A stretch of DNA of 64,000 nt from an uncultured candidate division Zixibacteria bacterium (GTDB lineage: Bacteria; Zixibacteria; MSB-5A5; GN15; FEB-12): contig CAWDXE010000001.1 in NCBI GenBank assembly GCA_963806185.1, positions 416,001 through 480,000 on the forward strand. The letters run 5' to 3'. Below are positions 1 through 9,726 of the stretch, piece after piece. The translations under genes and the position numbers were made by a program. The stretch's first letter is position 1. Every line of letters begins with the position of its first letter. The notes beneath the pieces were generated by a model. It was not told where the DNA came from, did no database searches, and saw nothing but the letters and a program-made list of their open reading frames with translations.

Positions 1-968
1 TCACCGTCGGCATTGTTCTCCTGCCCGCCCGGCACCGCTCCATAATCTCCGGCGGCCTGATTGTCCAACCCCCCGCTCACCACGGCCCACGCTCCATCAA
101 CCGTGTTATGCTCACCGCCGCCGATGGCACTCCCGCGGCCGTTGGCCGTATTATTCAGACCTCCGGTAACCGTGGACAACGGGCCATTGGTCACGTTGCC
201 CGATCCACCGCCGATCGTCGACGAATCCCCGTTGGCGGTGTTCGCAAAACCAAGTACGGTCGTTTCAAGTCCATCGCTGCTGTTCTCGCCCATGGTGATC
301 TGACCCTGGCTGACAATGTCGCCGTTCGGTTTGACGATGAGCGTGGTGTCCTGTTCATCAAGGCCGAAAAACACGATCGATCCATCCTGAATCTGAATCT
401 TTTTCTGAAGCGCATTGGGCGACGATACCTTGGAGTCAACCGGTTCATAAAAGTCGAGCGATCCGCCGCCCGATGACCCCCTGCCAAAACCTATCTGCAC
501 CGACGGTCCCGCGATGGCGGGCCGATGGAGCCCCGAACCCTCAGGCACGATCGTCAGCAGTCCTTCCATCTGGCCGCCGGTCGTGCCGTCGACTGTCGAC
601 ACGCGCTGCGAGTACGCCACCGACGTCACCTGGGTCCGCGGTATGATCGATTCTCCATTGACACTAATCTCCAGCCATCGTTCCGGTGAGGCAAACACTG
701 AGTCTGTCAGCGGTACCACACTTCCCAGGACGACGGCAAAGAGCCCGCCGGCAACCTGCACCGACGGATGCGTCTCGCTCCAGAGCGCCGTACCCTGGTC
801 GGGAGAATTGAAGATTGAGAATGTCAGTGAATACGTGCTGTCAGCAACCACTTCCGTGCCGGCCTGCAGTTTCCCCTGATAGTTGATTACGTGTGGTACG
901 GCTGCATGGACTGAGCAGCCAAACGTCGCCGCCAAAATCAGTCCTGACGCCAATCGGTGAAGCTTCAT
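1..968 (-). CDS. Secreted tail-fibre/YadA-head-like repeat protein (runs off the window)
   Basis: Translated by hand; absent from the ORF track because it has no stop in the window. MKLHRLASGLILAATFGCSVHA signal peptide, then VPHVINYQGKL..LWSETH..GLFAVVLG..RWLEISVNG domain, then ~14-aa GGxxNxAxG repeats. Confidence 0.8.
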   Translation of the reverse strand, partial: MKLHRLASGLILAATFGCSVHAAVPHVINYQGKLQAGTEVVADSTYSLTFSIFNSPDQGTALWSETHPSVQVAGGLFAVVLGSVVPLTDSVFASPERWLEISVNGESIIPRTQVTSVAYSQRVSTVDGTTGGQMEGLLTIVPEGSGLHRPAIAGPSVQIGFGRGSSGGGSLDFYEPVDSKVSSPNALQKKIQIQDGSIVFFGLDEQDTTLIVKPNGDIVSQGQITMGENSSDGLETTVLGFANTANGDSSTIGGGSGNVTNGPLSTVTGGLNNTANGRGSAIGGGEHNTVDGAWAVVSGGLDNQAAGDYGAVPGGQENNADG

Positions 969-1569
969 AACGGTATGTTTCCCATCTCTGGCATAGTGTC
1001 ATCGCGAGTTTCGTGATCAGGGCATTCAAGGTACCCAGTGCGGAGATTCCTGCATTCTGTCGGCCACACCCCGACGCTTCCGAGAAGTCAAAGCCACCCC
1101 TCGTGACGGGTTGTATTCACCTGACCGATCGACTCAAATCATGGCGTCGCTCGATCACGCGCTAAATTCACGGTGTGCTTCTCTAAGAAAATATCGGCAA
1201 CGTCGATCTGTCAAGACTATTTTAGGAGGACGCACCGGTAACCGGGGTCGGGGCAGCACCCGGTCCCGGGAAGCGGTCCGGAGATGGTGAAAAAGGCGGT
1301 TAAGAATTATTTTTCGGGTGGGGGAGGCAACCAGGCCGTAAAGCGACAGTCCCCCTCCCCCCCAGTGTCGCGGTCGGCCGGCGCCTCCCAGTCACCCTTG
1401 CTGTGAGTGGGTCTCATGCGAGCAAGACCGCCCTCGAAGCGTGTGCCTTACCAATATCGGGAAGGCCACTGTCAGAATCCGGCAGTCTCAATTCAACTTT
1501 TTTTGATTACTGCCAAAATTCCCCCGCTTCGAGGCAATGCGCCAAGCCTGACCATCCAACCGGGGCAGT

Positions 1570-2184
1570 CTATACGATATCCACCTTGGAAATGCTCTTA
1601 AGGTCCTGAACCTCAATGGGTAACATGCTCTCGTCCTCCACCACCCATCCTTGGCTATACCGCAAACGAGGCCGACTAAACTCGATCTTTCTGCCGCTTC
1701 TGGTGGCAGTCTTGCTCTCCAGCCGCAACGACCACCGGTTAGCGATGGCAAGTTCGATCAAACTGGTGGTCAAGCGGTCAGAATAGTCGGGTCGACTGAC
1801 AGAGGTAGTCGTCACATCTTCGAGATTCGCGAGGACTTCTCCCACCAGCGCACAATCGGTACTCTGGATCTTCTCAATCAATCGAATGAAGTCCCGCCGG
1901 TATAACTCGTTTACATGCCGGCACATGAAACTGAGGGCACAAATGACCAACACGGACTCGGTGAGCGTGAGGTGATCCAATTTGAGATGCTGCGGCAACA
2001 GCAGTCGATACCCTTCCTGATCCCGATCGTAATAGACCGGGACAGTTGCCTCCGAAATGTCGGTGAGATAGCGGTAGGCCGTACGTGGGGCAATATTGCA
2101 GACGCTGCATATCTTTTCCAGACTAACCGGCTGAGAGCCGCTAAGCAGGTTTATCAGTCGTATGAGTCGCGAAAGTTTTGCCAT
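1570..2184 (-). CDS. HTH (YafY/PafB-like) transcriptional regulator with short, degenerate WYL-like C-terminus
   Basis: N-terminal RLIRLINLL..RTAYRYLTDI..PVYYD..GYRL winged helix; LIELAIANRWSLRLE resembles the start of a WYL domain; no WCX region. Confidence 0.7.
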   Translation of the reverse strand: MAKLSRLIRLINLLSGSQPVSLEKICSVCNIAPRTAYRYLTDISEATVPVYYDRDQEGYRLLLPQHLKLDHLTLTESVLVICALSFMCRHVNELYRRDFIRLIEKIQSTDCALVGEVLANLEDVTTTSVSRPDYSDRLTTSLIELAIANRWSLRLESKTATRSGRKIEFSRPRLRYSQGWVVEDESMLPIEVQDLKSISKVDIV

Positions 2185-2200
2185 ATGTCAGTCCTTTTGT

Positions 2201-2226
2201 CGGGGCGGACGGGTTTGCCCGCCCCG
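2201..2226 (-). other. GC-rich hairpin between the peptide gene and the HTH gene
   Basis: CGGGGCGG...CCGCCCCG inverted repeat with no U-tract on the minus strand. Confidence 0.5.
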
Positions 2227-2236
2227 CTAAATCCGT

Positions 2237-2476
2237 TTAGAAAGTCAACAATACCACCTCGACAACTCCGCCGATCACTACCCAGATCACGTCGGCAGAT
2301 GTTGCTTCAAGTCCGCCAATCGCTGCCGATTTTGGGGGAGGTGGCGTCTCGACAGGTGGCCCCCCCGAGGTTCCGTCAGCATACGCGGACTCAATGCCAA
2401 TCACCCCAGAAACGAGCAAGAAGCTCAGGATGAGAAGCGAAGTGAGCGCAGCCGTGACTGTTGCGCGACGATGCAT
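2237..2476 (-). CDS. Small exported Pro-rich peptide with hydrophobic C-terminus
   Basis: AAGGAGG RBS before the ATG; signal peptide ending AYA; DGTSGGPPVETPPPPK core; hydrophobic tail. Confidence 0.75.
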   Translation of the reverse strand: MHRRATVTAALTSLLILSFLLVSGVIGIESAYADGTSGGPPVETPPPPKSAAIGGLEATSADVIWVVIGGVVEVVLLTF

Positions 2477-2520
2477 GATGCCTCCTTACAGGTTTCTCGT
2501 GAACCCGGTCTGGCAGATTA

Positions 2521-2537
2521 TGTCAATCGTCGTGCCG
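2521..2537 (-). promoter_or_regulatory. Putative sigma54 -24/-12 promoter
   Basis: Minus strand CGGCACG-ACGA-TTGA versus consensus TGGCACG-N4-TTGC, 45 bp upstream of the peptide ATG and next to a bEBP gene. Confidence 0.6.
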
Positions 2538-2740
2538 TCTTTTCGACGCTAGAGCGGACACCGTATGCTGTTATTGTGCAATGCGTTAGATAAATTTCAC
2601 CGCTTTGCCTAAGGGGTGTCTTACCTGTGCGTGCGCTTGGTTACCACCAGTGTGACAGCAAGTCATTGATCACCTTATCTGACTCTGACCGGTTCAGCGG
2701 CAAGAATCCGGTAAACGGCAGACTTTGGGGAGTGCAAGAG

Positions 2741-5700
2741 CTAGAGCTCAATATGATACTTGAGCGCTTTTCTTCGAAAAGTCGACAGCGGCATGGCCAA
2801 CGATCGGGCGGCCCTTGACTGATTTCCATTCGCCTTCCGAAGTGCTTCCCGGATTTGGACCTCTTCCATGTTGGCAATCGCAGCCGAACCCCTGGGCGAC
2901 CTGGTGGATTTGATAATCTCGACCGGCAGAACGTTGGGTGTGATGGCCCGACCCGGCATGAGGATACACCAACTTTCGATTAATCGCTTCAGTTGTCGCA
3001 CATTGCCCGGCCAGGAGTAGATGGACAGTAAACCGATCGTTTCCGGAGTCAAAATCGGCGCCTGCCCACGGCTGAAAAGCTGAAGGAAATGATCTATGAG
3101 CAGCGGGATGTCACCAAGGCGCTCGCGCAGCGGGGGAATCTCCACGGTCACCGTATTGATTCGGTAATACAAATCCTGTCGGAATCGCCCACGTTCCATC
3201 AACTCGATCAGGTTCTTGTTAGTGGCGCAGACAAAACGGATATCTGTGTGCACAGGACGATTGCTTCCCACCTTCTCGTATTCCTGATATTCGACAACGC
3301 GCAGCAATTTCGCCTGGATCTCAAGCGGCATATCGCCGATTTCATCAAGAAAGAGCGTACCGGAATCAGCCGCCGCCAGTCGTCCCTCGCGCTCTACTAC
3401 GCCGGTGGCGACCCCCTTGGCAACGCCGAACAATTCACTCTCAACCATCGTCGGGGCCAGTCCCGCGCAATTCAATTTCACCATATTGCGCTTGCATCGC
3501 GGACTCAGGGAGTGGATGCGCTCGGCGATAATCTCCTTGCCCGTGCCGCTTTCACCCAGCAAGAGTACCGGCGCAGTCGTTTGGGCGATGCGATCGAGCT
3601 GCTCGAAGATTTCCGCGGTTTTCGGATCGCGGCTGATGAATTGGCCTGATTCGCCCAGATGTGCTAATCGTTTTTCAAGCTGGTCCGACTTGGTCAGCAG
3701 TATTCGGTATGACTGGGCATTGCTCAGAGCGACGGCCACCAGGTTTGCGATGGCCTGGATGTACTGGAGGTCGCTCGGTTCAAATAGTGAAGGAATGGTA
3801 TGGTGATCAAGATACAGCACGCCGAGCACCTGCCCTTCCACGGTCAGAGGCACGGCCGCTACGGAAAGAATATTATGAGCAATCACACTCTTGAGGGAAC
3901 GAGTGCGATTATCCTGGATCGCATTTTCCACGAGAATCGGCAGGGAATCACTGGCGGCGGTTCGCGGAATGGATCGGCTGAAATCGAGAATGTCGGCCAT
4001 GCTCTGATCATCGTCGCAGTTATACGACACGGCCGGCCGGAGTCCGGCGGCATTGCCCGTATTGAGTAAGATGACTCCCCGTTCAGCACCGGTTTGCTCC
4101 ACGGCATAGCGTACCAGTTGATACATCATTTTGGGATAGTCGTGTACGTCCTTGAGAATCGAAGAGATGCCATGGAACGAATCAATGAGGTGCGTCTGTT
4201 CATCTGCAGCCAGGGCGAGTTTGGCCAGGCTGGCTTCGATCTTCTCCAGCATAAGGGCGTTTTGCAGCTGTTTCGCGATCTGGCGCGCCTGCAAAAGGTA
4301 CTTTTTCGCGGATCTGGACCGCGATCCCTCAATATAGAAAGCACTCACTTCAATGGCGATCAACATCGCCCGGAACCGGTCCCCGGCCTGATTCAACTCG
4401 ACAAACGCCGATTTCCACCCTTTGATTTCGTCGCCCCGTTGGCCAATGTCTGACGGATACAGTAGAGTCGATAGCACGCGAAAGACCGGAACGTCGTGAT
4501 CAGAAATGACCGCGCGCAGTCGATCACGCCGGGCGCGCATGTTGTCATCTACGCTCTGCCCGCTGGCAACGATCTGAAATAGCCCGAGCGCGGCATAGAA
4601 AAAGCTCCCGCGTTCCAGCAGAACATCAATAATCGGATATACCGAGGCAGGATCGACGTCTCTTGCGTACACCAGGTCGCCGATTTTCTGTATCATATCC
4701 AACTCGGCGAGCGAGGTGATATCCTCGTACTGAGCGAATAGCTTACGGGCTGATTCAAGGGCCGATGAGAGTCTGGGCATGTCCCCTCGAATCAGGGCAC
4801 ATTCGGCCAGCACGTGATATGCCTTCCCCTCCAGGCTCGTCGGAGGAATGCTGCGCGCGATTTCAAGGGCGTGACTGCACGCCTCTTCGGCCAGCTTCAC
4901 CTCTCCTCGCCATAGCGCACAAAAGGCAGATATTTGATGGTAGTGGAGCAACTGCCCTGGATTGGCATTATTTGCTATTTCCACGTAGAATCGGCGAAGC
5001 CAGTAGTCGGCCTTGTTGATGTCACCCAATCGGACATAGGCGAGTATCAGGACGAGGCAGTTGGGAGCCAAGAGCGATCCCTGCTCCAGCTCGCCGGCCA
5101 TATTTATCGCGTTCTTGGCTGCACGTGCCGCTCCCTTGTAATCGGAAAGTCCTGTTTTGACCAGCGCAAGGGTCGAAAGCGCCGGCACAAGGACCTCATT
5201 CTTCATCGGCTCGGACAGGGCAACAGCCTTACCTAGATGCGCTGCCGCATCCAAAAACCTCCCCTGTCGCCAGTGCAGCACGCCGGAGGTGTACTCGGCC
5301 ATCGCCTCCAGGTCAACAAACCCCGCCTGCTGACTTCGCTGCCTGACCTCCTCAACCATTTCTTCTGCGGAAGTCTGCTCGTTGCCAATCATTCTTATCC
5401 AGGCCAGCGTGCGCATGAACCGGAGTTCCGAATGGAGATCGGAGTTTCTTCGCGCCACGGCAATTCCAATCTCCGCAAGTTCCCGGGCTGGGACAATATG
5501 GTCCAGTTTGATTTTTGTTTTCAGGACAAGCTGCAGACTTGACAGGTGCGCCTCCACGCTGCGCTCATCGTTCAGGACGCTGTCCAGCAGCGACTCGGCT
5601 TGAATCAAACGGTTTAGATTGTATGCTTCCGACGCAAGGTCGATGATCGCAGCCGGGTTGGCTGAGACTGCCGAGTCGTTTCCTACAACCTCACGGTACC

Positions 5701-6838
5701 TGTACAGGAAGGCCGCCTCAGTCCATTTCTCGGCACCATAGAATTCGTCGGATGGCAACTTCTGGTGCGCCTGGGAGCGATCACCCTGAACGACGGCGCG
5801 GAGACGATCGTAAATGTCAAGCAGGACGTCGTCGGCCGGATTGATCAGGAAGTGCGCTCCTGCGCGGGAAACTGCACCATGAGACAGCAGCCCCCGGATA
5901 ATCCTCATGGTCGTCCGATAGTGCTTTGCGGCCGAAGCCGTCAGCGCATTCATCAGTGTTTCGGTGATACCGAGCAGACGGCATCGCCGCCGCAGGAAGT
6001 TGTCTATTTCCGGTACCTTTTGCGAACGCGGCCCTCGGACGGATCGAAAATTGGAGAGCACAAATTGCCCGAAAAGTCGGGCACTTAGATGTTCGTACGA
6101 CTGCTGATCCACAACCTCGTTTCGCCGCAGAGCGGCTAGAATGTCATTCGGTCGCTTAAGATAGTCCGGATCGGACAGCTCGTCGGCAAGTCGTGTCAGT
6201 TTTCGGCAGTGTTCTGATGACAGCGCGTGCCCCTCGCCCCGGAGATATAAGTGCAACGCTACACCGAGCGAATACGCGTCGGACTGCGGCAGGACGGTTT
6301 GGTTGGCCAATATCTCCGGAGCAATGTGTCCCGGAGTGCCGAAGATATCGGCCTCGGGTGAATGCCCCGAAGGCAACAGGAAGTCCAGGTCAATGAGCCG
6401 CAATTCTGGTCCGCCAGAAGTACTGCGATACATGAAGTTGGACGGTTTCAGGTCGCCATGGACGACACCGGAAAGATGGAGGAAATCCAGTGCTAACGCG
6501 ATCGGGCCAAGACAGGTCATAGGAGTAAATGGAGAGAAATCATCCCCTAACGCGTGCCACGTGTCGGCGGGAAGCAAGGGATATTCGATTGCCACCCGGT
6601 CACCCGACCGGTACATAGCCACGGCCCGGTTAATCAACGATGATCTCATTGACCGCTGAGAATCCCATGATCGTACCAGTATTCGGTCAATCCGCTGGGG
6701 ATCGATTCCTGAGTCGGTCGCGGCTATTTTTACAAGTGCGGCTCTTCCCGTCCGACGATTCTCCGCAAGCCAGGACTCGACGTGCGAATTCGACGAGACC
6801 AATCGCACTGGTGAATATTCAGCAAACTCTTCTATCAC
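2741..6838 (-). CDS. Sigma54-interacting regulator: Ser/Thr kinase + TPR + GAF + AAA + Fis HTH
   Basis: HGDLKPSN and GTPGHIAPE kinase motifs; long helical TPR-like region; GAF (GAERG..GVLYLD); GESGTGKE, ESELFG, FLDEIG, FRQDLYYR; C-terminal GNQSRAARSL HTH. Confidence 0.92.
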   Translation of the reverse strand: MIEEFAEYSPVRLVSSNSHVESWLAENRRTGRAALVKIAATDSGIDPQRIDRILVRSWDSQRSMRSSLINRAVAMYRSGDRVAIEYPLLPADTWHALGDDFSPFTPMTCLGPIALALDFLHLSGVVHGDLKPSNFMYRSTSGGPELRLIDLDFLLPSGHSPEADIFGTPGHIAPEILANQTVLPQSDAYSLGVALHLYLRGEGHALSSEHCRKLTRLADELSDPDYLKRPNDILAALRRNEVVDQQSYEHLSARLFGQFVLSNFRSVRGPRSQKVPEIDNFLRRRCRLLGITETLMNALTASAAKHYRTTMRIIRGLLSHGAVSRAGAHFLINPADDVLLDIYDRLRAVVQGDRSQAHQKLPSDEFYGAEKWTEAAFLYRYREVVGNDSAVSANPAAIIDLASEAYNLNRLIQAESLLDSVLNDERSVEAHLSSLQLVLKTKIKLDHIVPARELAEIGIAVARRNSDLHSELRFMRTLAWIRMIGNEQTSAEEMVEEVRQRSQQAGFVDLEAMAEYTSGVLHWRQGRFLDAAAHLGKAVALSEPMKNEVLVPALSTLALVKTGLSDYKGAARAAKNAINMAGELEQGSLLAPNCLVLILAYVRLGDINKADYWLRRFYVEIANNANPGQLLHYHQISAFCALWRGEVKLAEEACSHALEIARSIPPTSLEGKAYHVLAECALIRGDMPRLSSALESARKLFAQYEDITSLAELDMIQKIGDLVYARDVDPASVYPIIDVLLERGSFFYAALGLFQIVASGQSVDDNMRARRDRLRAVISDHDVPVFRVLSTLLYPSDIGQRGDEIKGWKSAFVELNQAGDRFRAMLIAIEVSAFYIEGSRSRSAKKYLLQARQIAKQLQNALMLEKIEASLAKLALAADEQTHLIDSFHGISSILKDVHDYPKMMYQLVRYAVEQTGAERGVILLNTGNAAGLRPAVSYNCDDDQSMADILDFSRSIPRTAASDSLPILVENAIQDNRTRSLKSVIAHNILSVAAVPLTVEGQVLGVLYLDHHTIPSLFEPSDLQYIQAIANLVAVALSNAQSYRILLTKSDQLEKRLAHLGESGQFISRDPKTAEIFEQLDRIAQTTAPVLLLGESGTGKEIIAERIHSLSPRCKRNMVKLNCAGLAPTMVESELFGVAKGVATGVVEREGRLAAADSGTLFLDEIGDMPLEIQAKLLRVVEYQEYEKVGSNRPVHTDIRFVCATNKNLIELMERGRFRQDLYYRINTVTVEIPPLRERLGDIPLLIDHFLQLFSRGQAPILTPETIGLLSIYSWPGNVRQLKRLIESWCILMPGRAITPNVLPVEIIKSTRSPRGSAAIANMEEVQIREALRKANGNQSRAARSLAMPLSTFRRKALKYHIEL

Positions 6839-7170
6839 GTTGATGACTGAAATACCTGATGTCTCCTTACCCTAGAATATAGCCAAATAGGGCAATCAGC
6901 AAACCTTATTGACAGAGTGGAATCGCTTCTCCGTTTCACTCGTGGCCGGACTCATGCCATACGGTCCAGCCCATTTCCCGGCGGCGGCGTGCCGGGTTCC
7001 AGTGCACGGCCGGCCGCCTCGGGGCGAGCCAGTGTCATTGCCGCTTGGAAATCGGCCTGATTTGACTATCTTGAGTCATATCAGGAGACGGTCTTCGCCG
7101 GCGTCTACGCACACAGGCGCGCGACGTACCCAGGTCATATACAACATTGTGAGTTGATGGCGAGTTCATC

Positions 7171-9726
7171 ATGAAGGCTTTCTGGCCGGCCCAGGTATCG
7201 AACCCAAGTCCAGTGTGCTTCCGACCCCGAAAACAGCACGGCGATATCTATCGTCCATGCCTCCGTGCCCTCCTGCTGGTTATTGTCTTTTACAGTTTCG
7301 CTTTCGCCAGTTCCGGAATCACCGCCTGGAATAACCTGACCACCAAACCAAACCTTGATCTCATCGAAATGCCGGATGCCCACTGGGTAGCCGCCTTTGA
7401 CGCGGATGGTGACGGCAATGACGAATGCTTCGGTTGGCAATCCGAGCTGTACTTTGTATTCTCCGGCGACTTACGGACGAACATGGCATCGTGCTGGATC
7501 CGGAACATCGAGGGCGTATCCGCAATCTTCGGGGCCGAAGACTCTCTCCGCGCGTTGACTCTGAGAACCCTGATCGGCGACACGTTCAGGTACTACCTTC
7601 TGACGTGCTCTCGATGGACGGATTCCTCGGCGTGTCTTGATGAGAACAAGCCGACGCTTGTTCGCTCCCCGGAACGCATCCAAGGGCACGTTCGTGGCGA
7701 TTTCACTCCGGCCCTCTCCTGTGATGTCAACGGCGACTCCGTGTCTGATCTGATCGGCTTGGTTAATAGTGGTAAGTACGCGCTCCAGCCTCGCGGCGTG
7801 CGCGTTATCGACGGCAAGGACTACTCGCCGCTTTGGGAACGCTGCTTCGGCCAGTGGCCAATGGATCCCCGGTTGCTTGATCTTGATCAGGATGGCACTC
7901 CCGAAATCGTGGTCGCCGGAAATTCGGTCTCCAATGGCAGCACGGCCAACGGCTTCCCTGACTCGATCTGCTATCTCTTTGCGTTCGACTTGCACGGTCG
8001 TGACTTCTGGCCCCCGATTCGGCTCGGCGGATCGCTGACATATGCACGTTTTGCACCAATGCCGAACCAGCCCAAGGTCGACCGCAAACTGGTAGTTGTC
8101 ACGCGGTCCTTTCAGGATGACCAACCTCAGGGCGCCATGATGATTAACGCCCGTTCCGGACAGATAATTGCCCGCCTTGATCACTCTCCAGGCTTCGGCT
8201 CGCTCATGATCCTGCCCAACACGGATACGAACGCACGAATCTGCGCCGCCACCGTCGACGGCTCCATACTGCTTCTCGACGATGAGCTCGGAATTCGCCG
8301 ACAGGTCACGTCGGCATCAGAAGAGCCGTTCATGCTCCGCGCCCCCATGGACATCGACAACGATTCAATCAGCGAAATCGTCGCGTCCAGGGGAAATGCC
8401 GTCTGGCTGTTCACCGCCACCCTTGATTCCGTTTTTGTTCATACTTTCGATGCTCCGGTCTCCGGTCTGTTTCCCATGCGATGCGTGAGTGGCTCCGGCT
8501 GCCGGTTCATCATTCAGGTGAAAGAGCATGCCTTTTCCGCCAGGGCCTCGCGAATCAGAAAGAATCTCGCCGAAATGGTGCCGCCGGTCGTCCAGGGTAG
8601 CGTCGCTTCCATCCTTTGTCTGAGCGTGATCTTCGTCTTTGTCCAGCGTCGACGCTATTTGTCCTTTCTCAACGTCGTCTTCAATGACAATTCACGGATC
8701 ATCATCGCTCTGGACAGCCAAACTCGAATTTTCCGGATCAACGAGGGCGCGCGCAAATTCTTTGGTCCCAAGGCCCAATCCCTCATGGGAAAACCACTGT
8801 CGGCCATCGACGACGATAATCGCTATGCAGAACTCATTGCCGCCATTCGGGACTTCTCGGGTGGAAGAGAATCGTCAGCTCAGTGCGAACTGCGCATGCT
8901 GCACCGCGGAAGCCCGCGAGAGATGCTTCTTCAGCTCACCAGACTCGGGCGGGGACGTCTGTTCACAGGCACCGATATTATTCTCACGATGCAGGACATC
9001 ACCAGAGTCACTCAGGAGAAACTGTATGAGAGCTGGGACGTCTTTTGGCGCGGACTGGCCCATGATTTGAAAAAGCCGCTCGCGCCCATGCGCCTGTTCC
9101 TCCAGGACCTGGGGCGGCGACTCAATGATAAGACCGTGGAGATCGATCACATCAACGCCCGCTACATCGAACCGGCGCTGCAACAGCTCGACTTGATGAC
9201 CCGCCTGATCAATCGTGTCCCCCGTGCAACTGATGCTGAGTCCGCGCCGCGATCCCGCATCGGCCTCGATGAAGTCCTTACGTACGTCGTGAGCATCAAA
9301 CGATCGACTCTCCCCGAGCACATCACCCTGAACCGATCCGGCTCGTTGGAACCTGCCTGGGTGAACGGAAATCGGGACGACCTCACGCGTGTCTTTATGG
9401 AACTCATCGACAACGCCGTCAAAGCGCTCGGCACAAATCACAAGGGCAGGATTACGCTTTCCTGTCGTCAGGACAACGGGGACGCCCGCGCCGTGCGCGT
9501 TGAAATTGAAGACGACGGTGGCGGGATAAGCACTCAGCTTCTCCCCCGCATCTTCGAGCCCGGCGTGACCACCGGCGGCTCCGATCACCAGGGACTGGGT
9601 CTCTTCACCGCCCGAAGAGTCGTCACACAGCATGGTGGCCACATCGAAGTTCGCAGCCAGGAAGGTGGCGGCACCGTATTTGCTGTCATATTGCCCGCGG
9701 ATGGAGCGGAGGTCCCTTGTGAATAA
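7171..9726 (+). CDS. Membrane sensor histidine kinase with extracellular FG-GAP-like repeats and PAS
   Basis: DADGDGNDE, DVNGDSVSD, DLDQDGTPE repeats; TM helix; PAS-like segment; LAHDLKKPL H-box; N, G1 and G2 boxes. Confidence 0.9.
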   Translation: MKAFWPAQVSNPSPVCFRPRKQHGDIYRPCLRALLLVIVFYSFAFASSGITAWNNLTTKPNLDLIEMPDAHWVAAFDADGDGNDECFGWQSELYFVFSGDLRTNMASCWIRNIEGVSAIFGAEDSLRALTLRTLIGDTFRYYLLTCSRWTDSSACLDENKPTLVRSPERIQGHVRGDFTPALSCDVNGDSVSDLIGLVNSGKYALQPRGVRVIDGKDYSPLWERCFGQWPMDPRLLDLDQDGTPEIVVAGNSVSNGSTANGFPDSICYLFAFDLHGRDFWPPIRLGGSLTYARFAPMPNQPKVDRKLVVVTRSFQDDQPQGAMMINARSGQIIARLDHSPGFGSLMILPNTDTNARICAATVDGSILLLDDELGIRRQVTSASEEPFMLRAPMDIDNDSISEIVASRGNAVWLFTATLDSVFVHTFDAPVSGLFPMRCVSGSGCRFIIQVKEHAFSARASRIRKNLAEMVPPVVQGSVASILCLSVIFVFVQRRRYLSFLNVVFNDNSRIIIALDSQTRIFRINEGARKFFGPKAQSLMGKPLSAIDDDNRYAELIAAIRDFSGGRESSAQCELRMLHRGSPREMLLQLTRLGRGRLFTGTDIILTMQDITRVTQEKLYESWDVFWRGLAHDLKKPLAPMRLFLQDLGRRLNDKTVEIDHINARYIEPALQQLDLMTRLINRVPRATDAESAPRSRIGLDEVLTYVVSIKRSTLPEHITLNRSGSLEPAWVNGNRDDLTRVFMELIDNAVKALGTNHKGRITLSCRQDNGDARAVRVEIEDDGGGISTQLLPRIFEPGVTTGGSDHQGLGLFTARRVVTQHGGHIEVRSQEGGGTVFAVILPADGAEVPCE

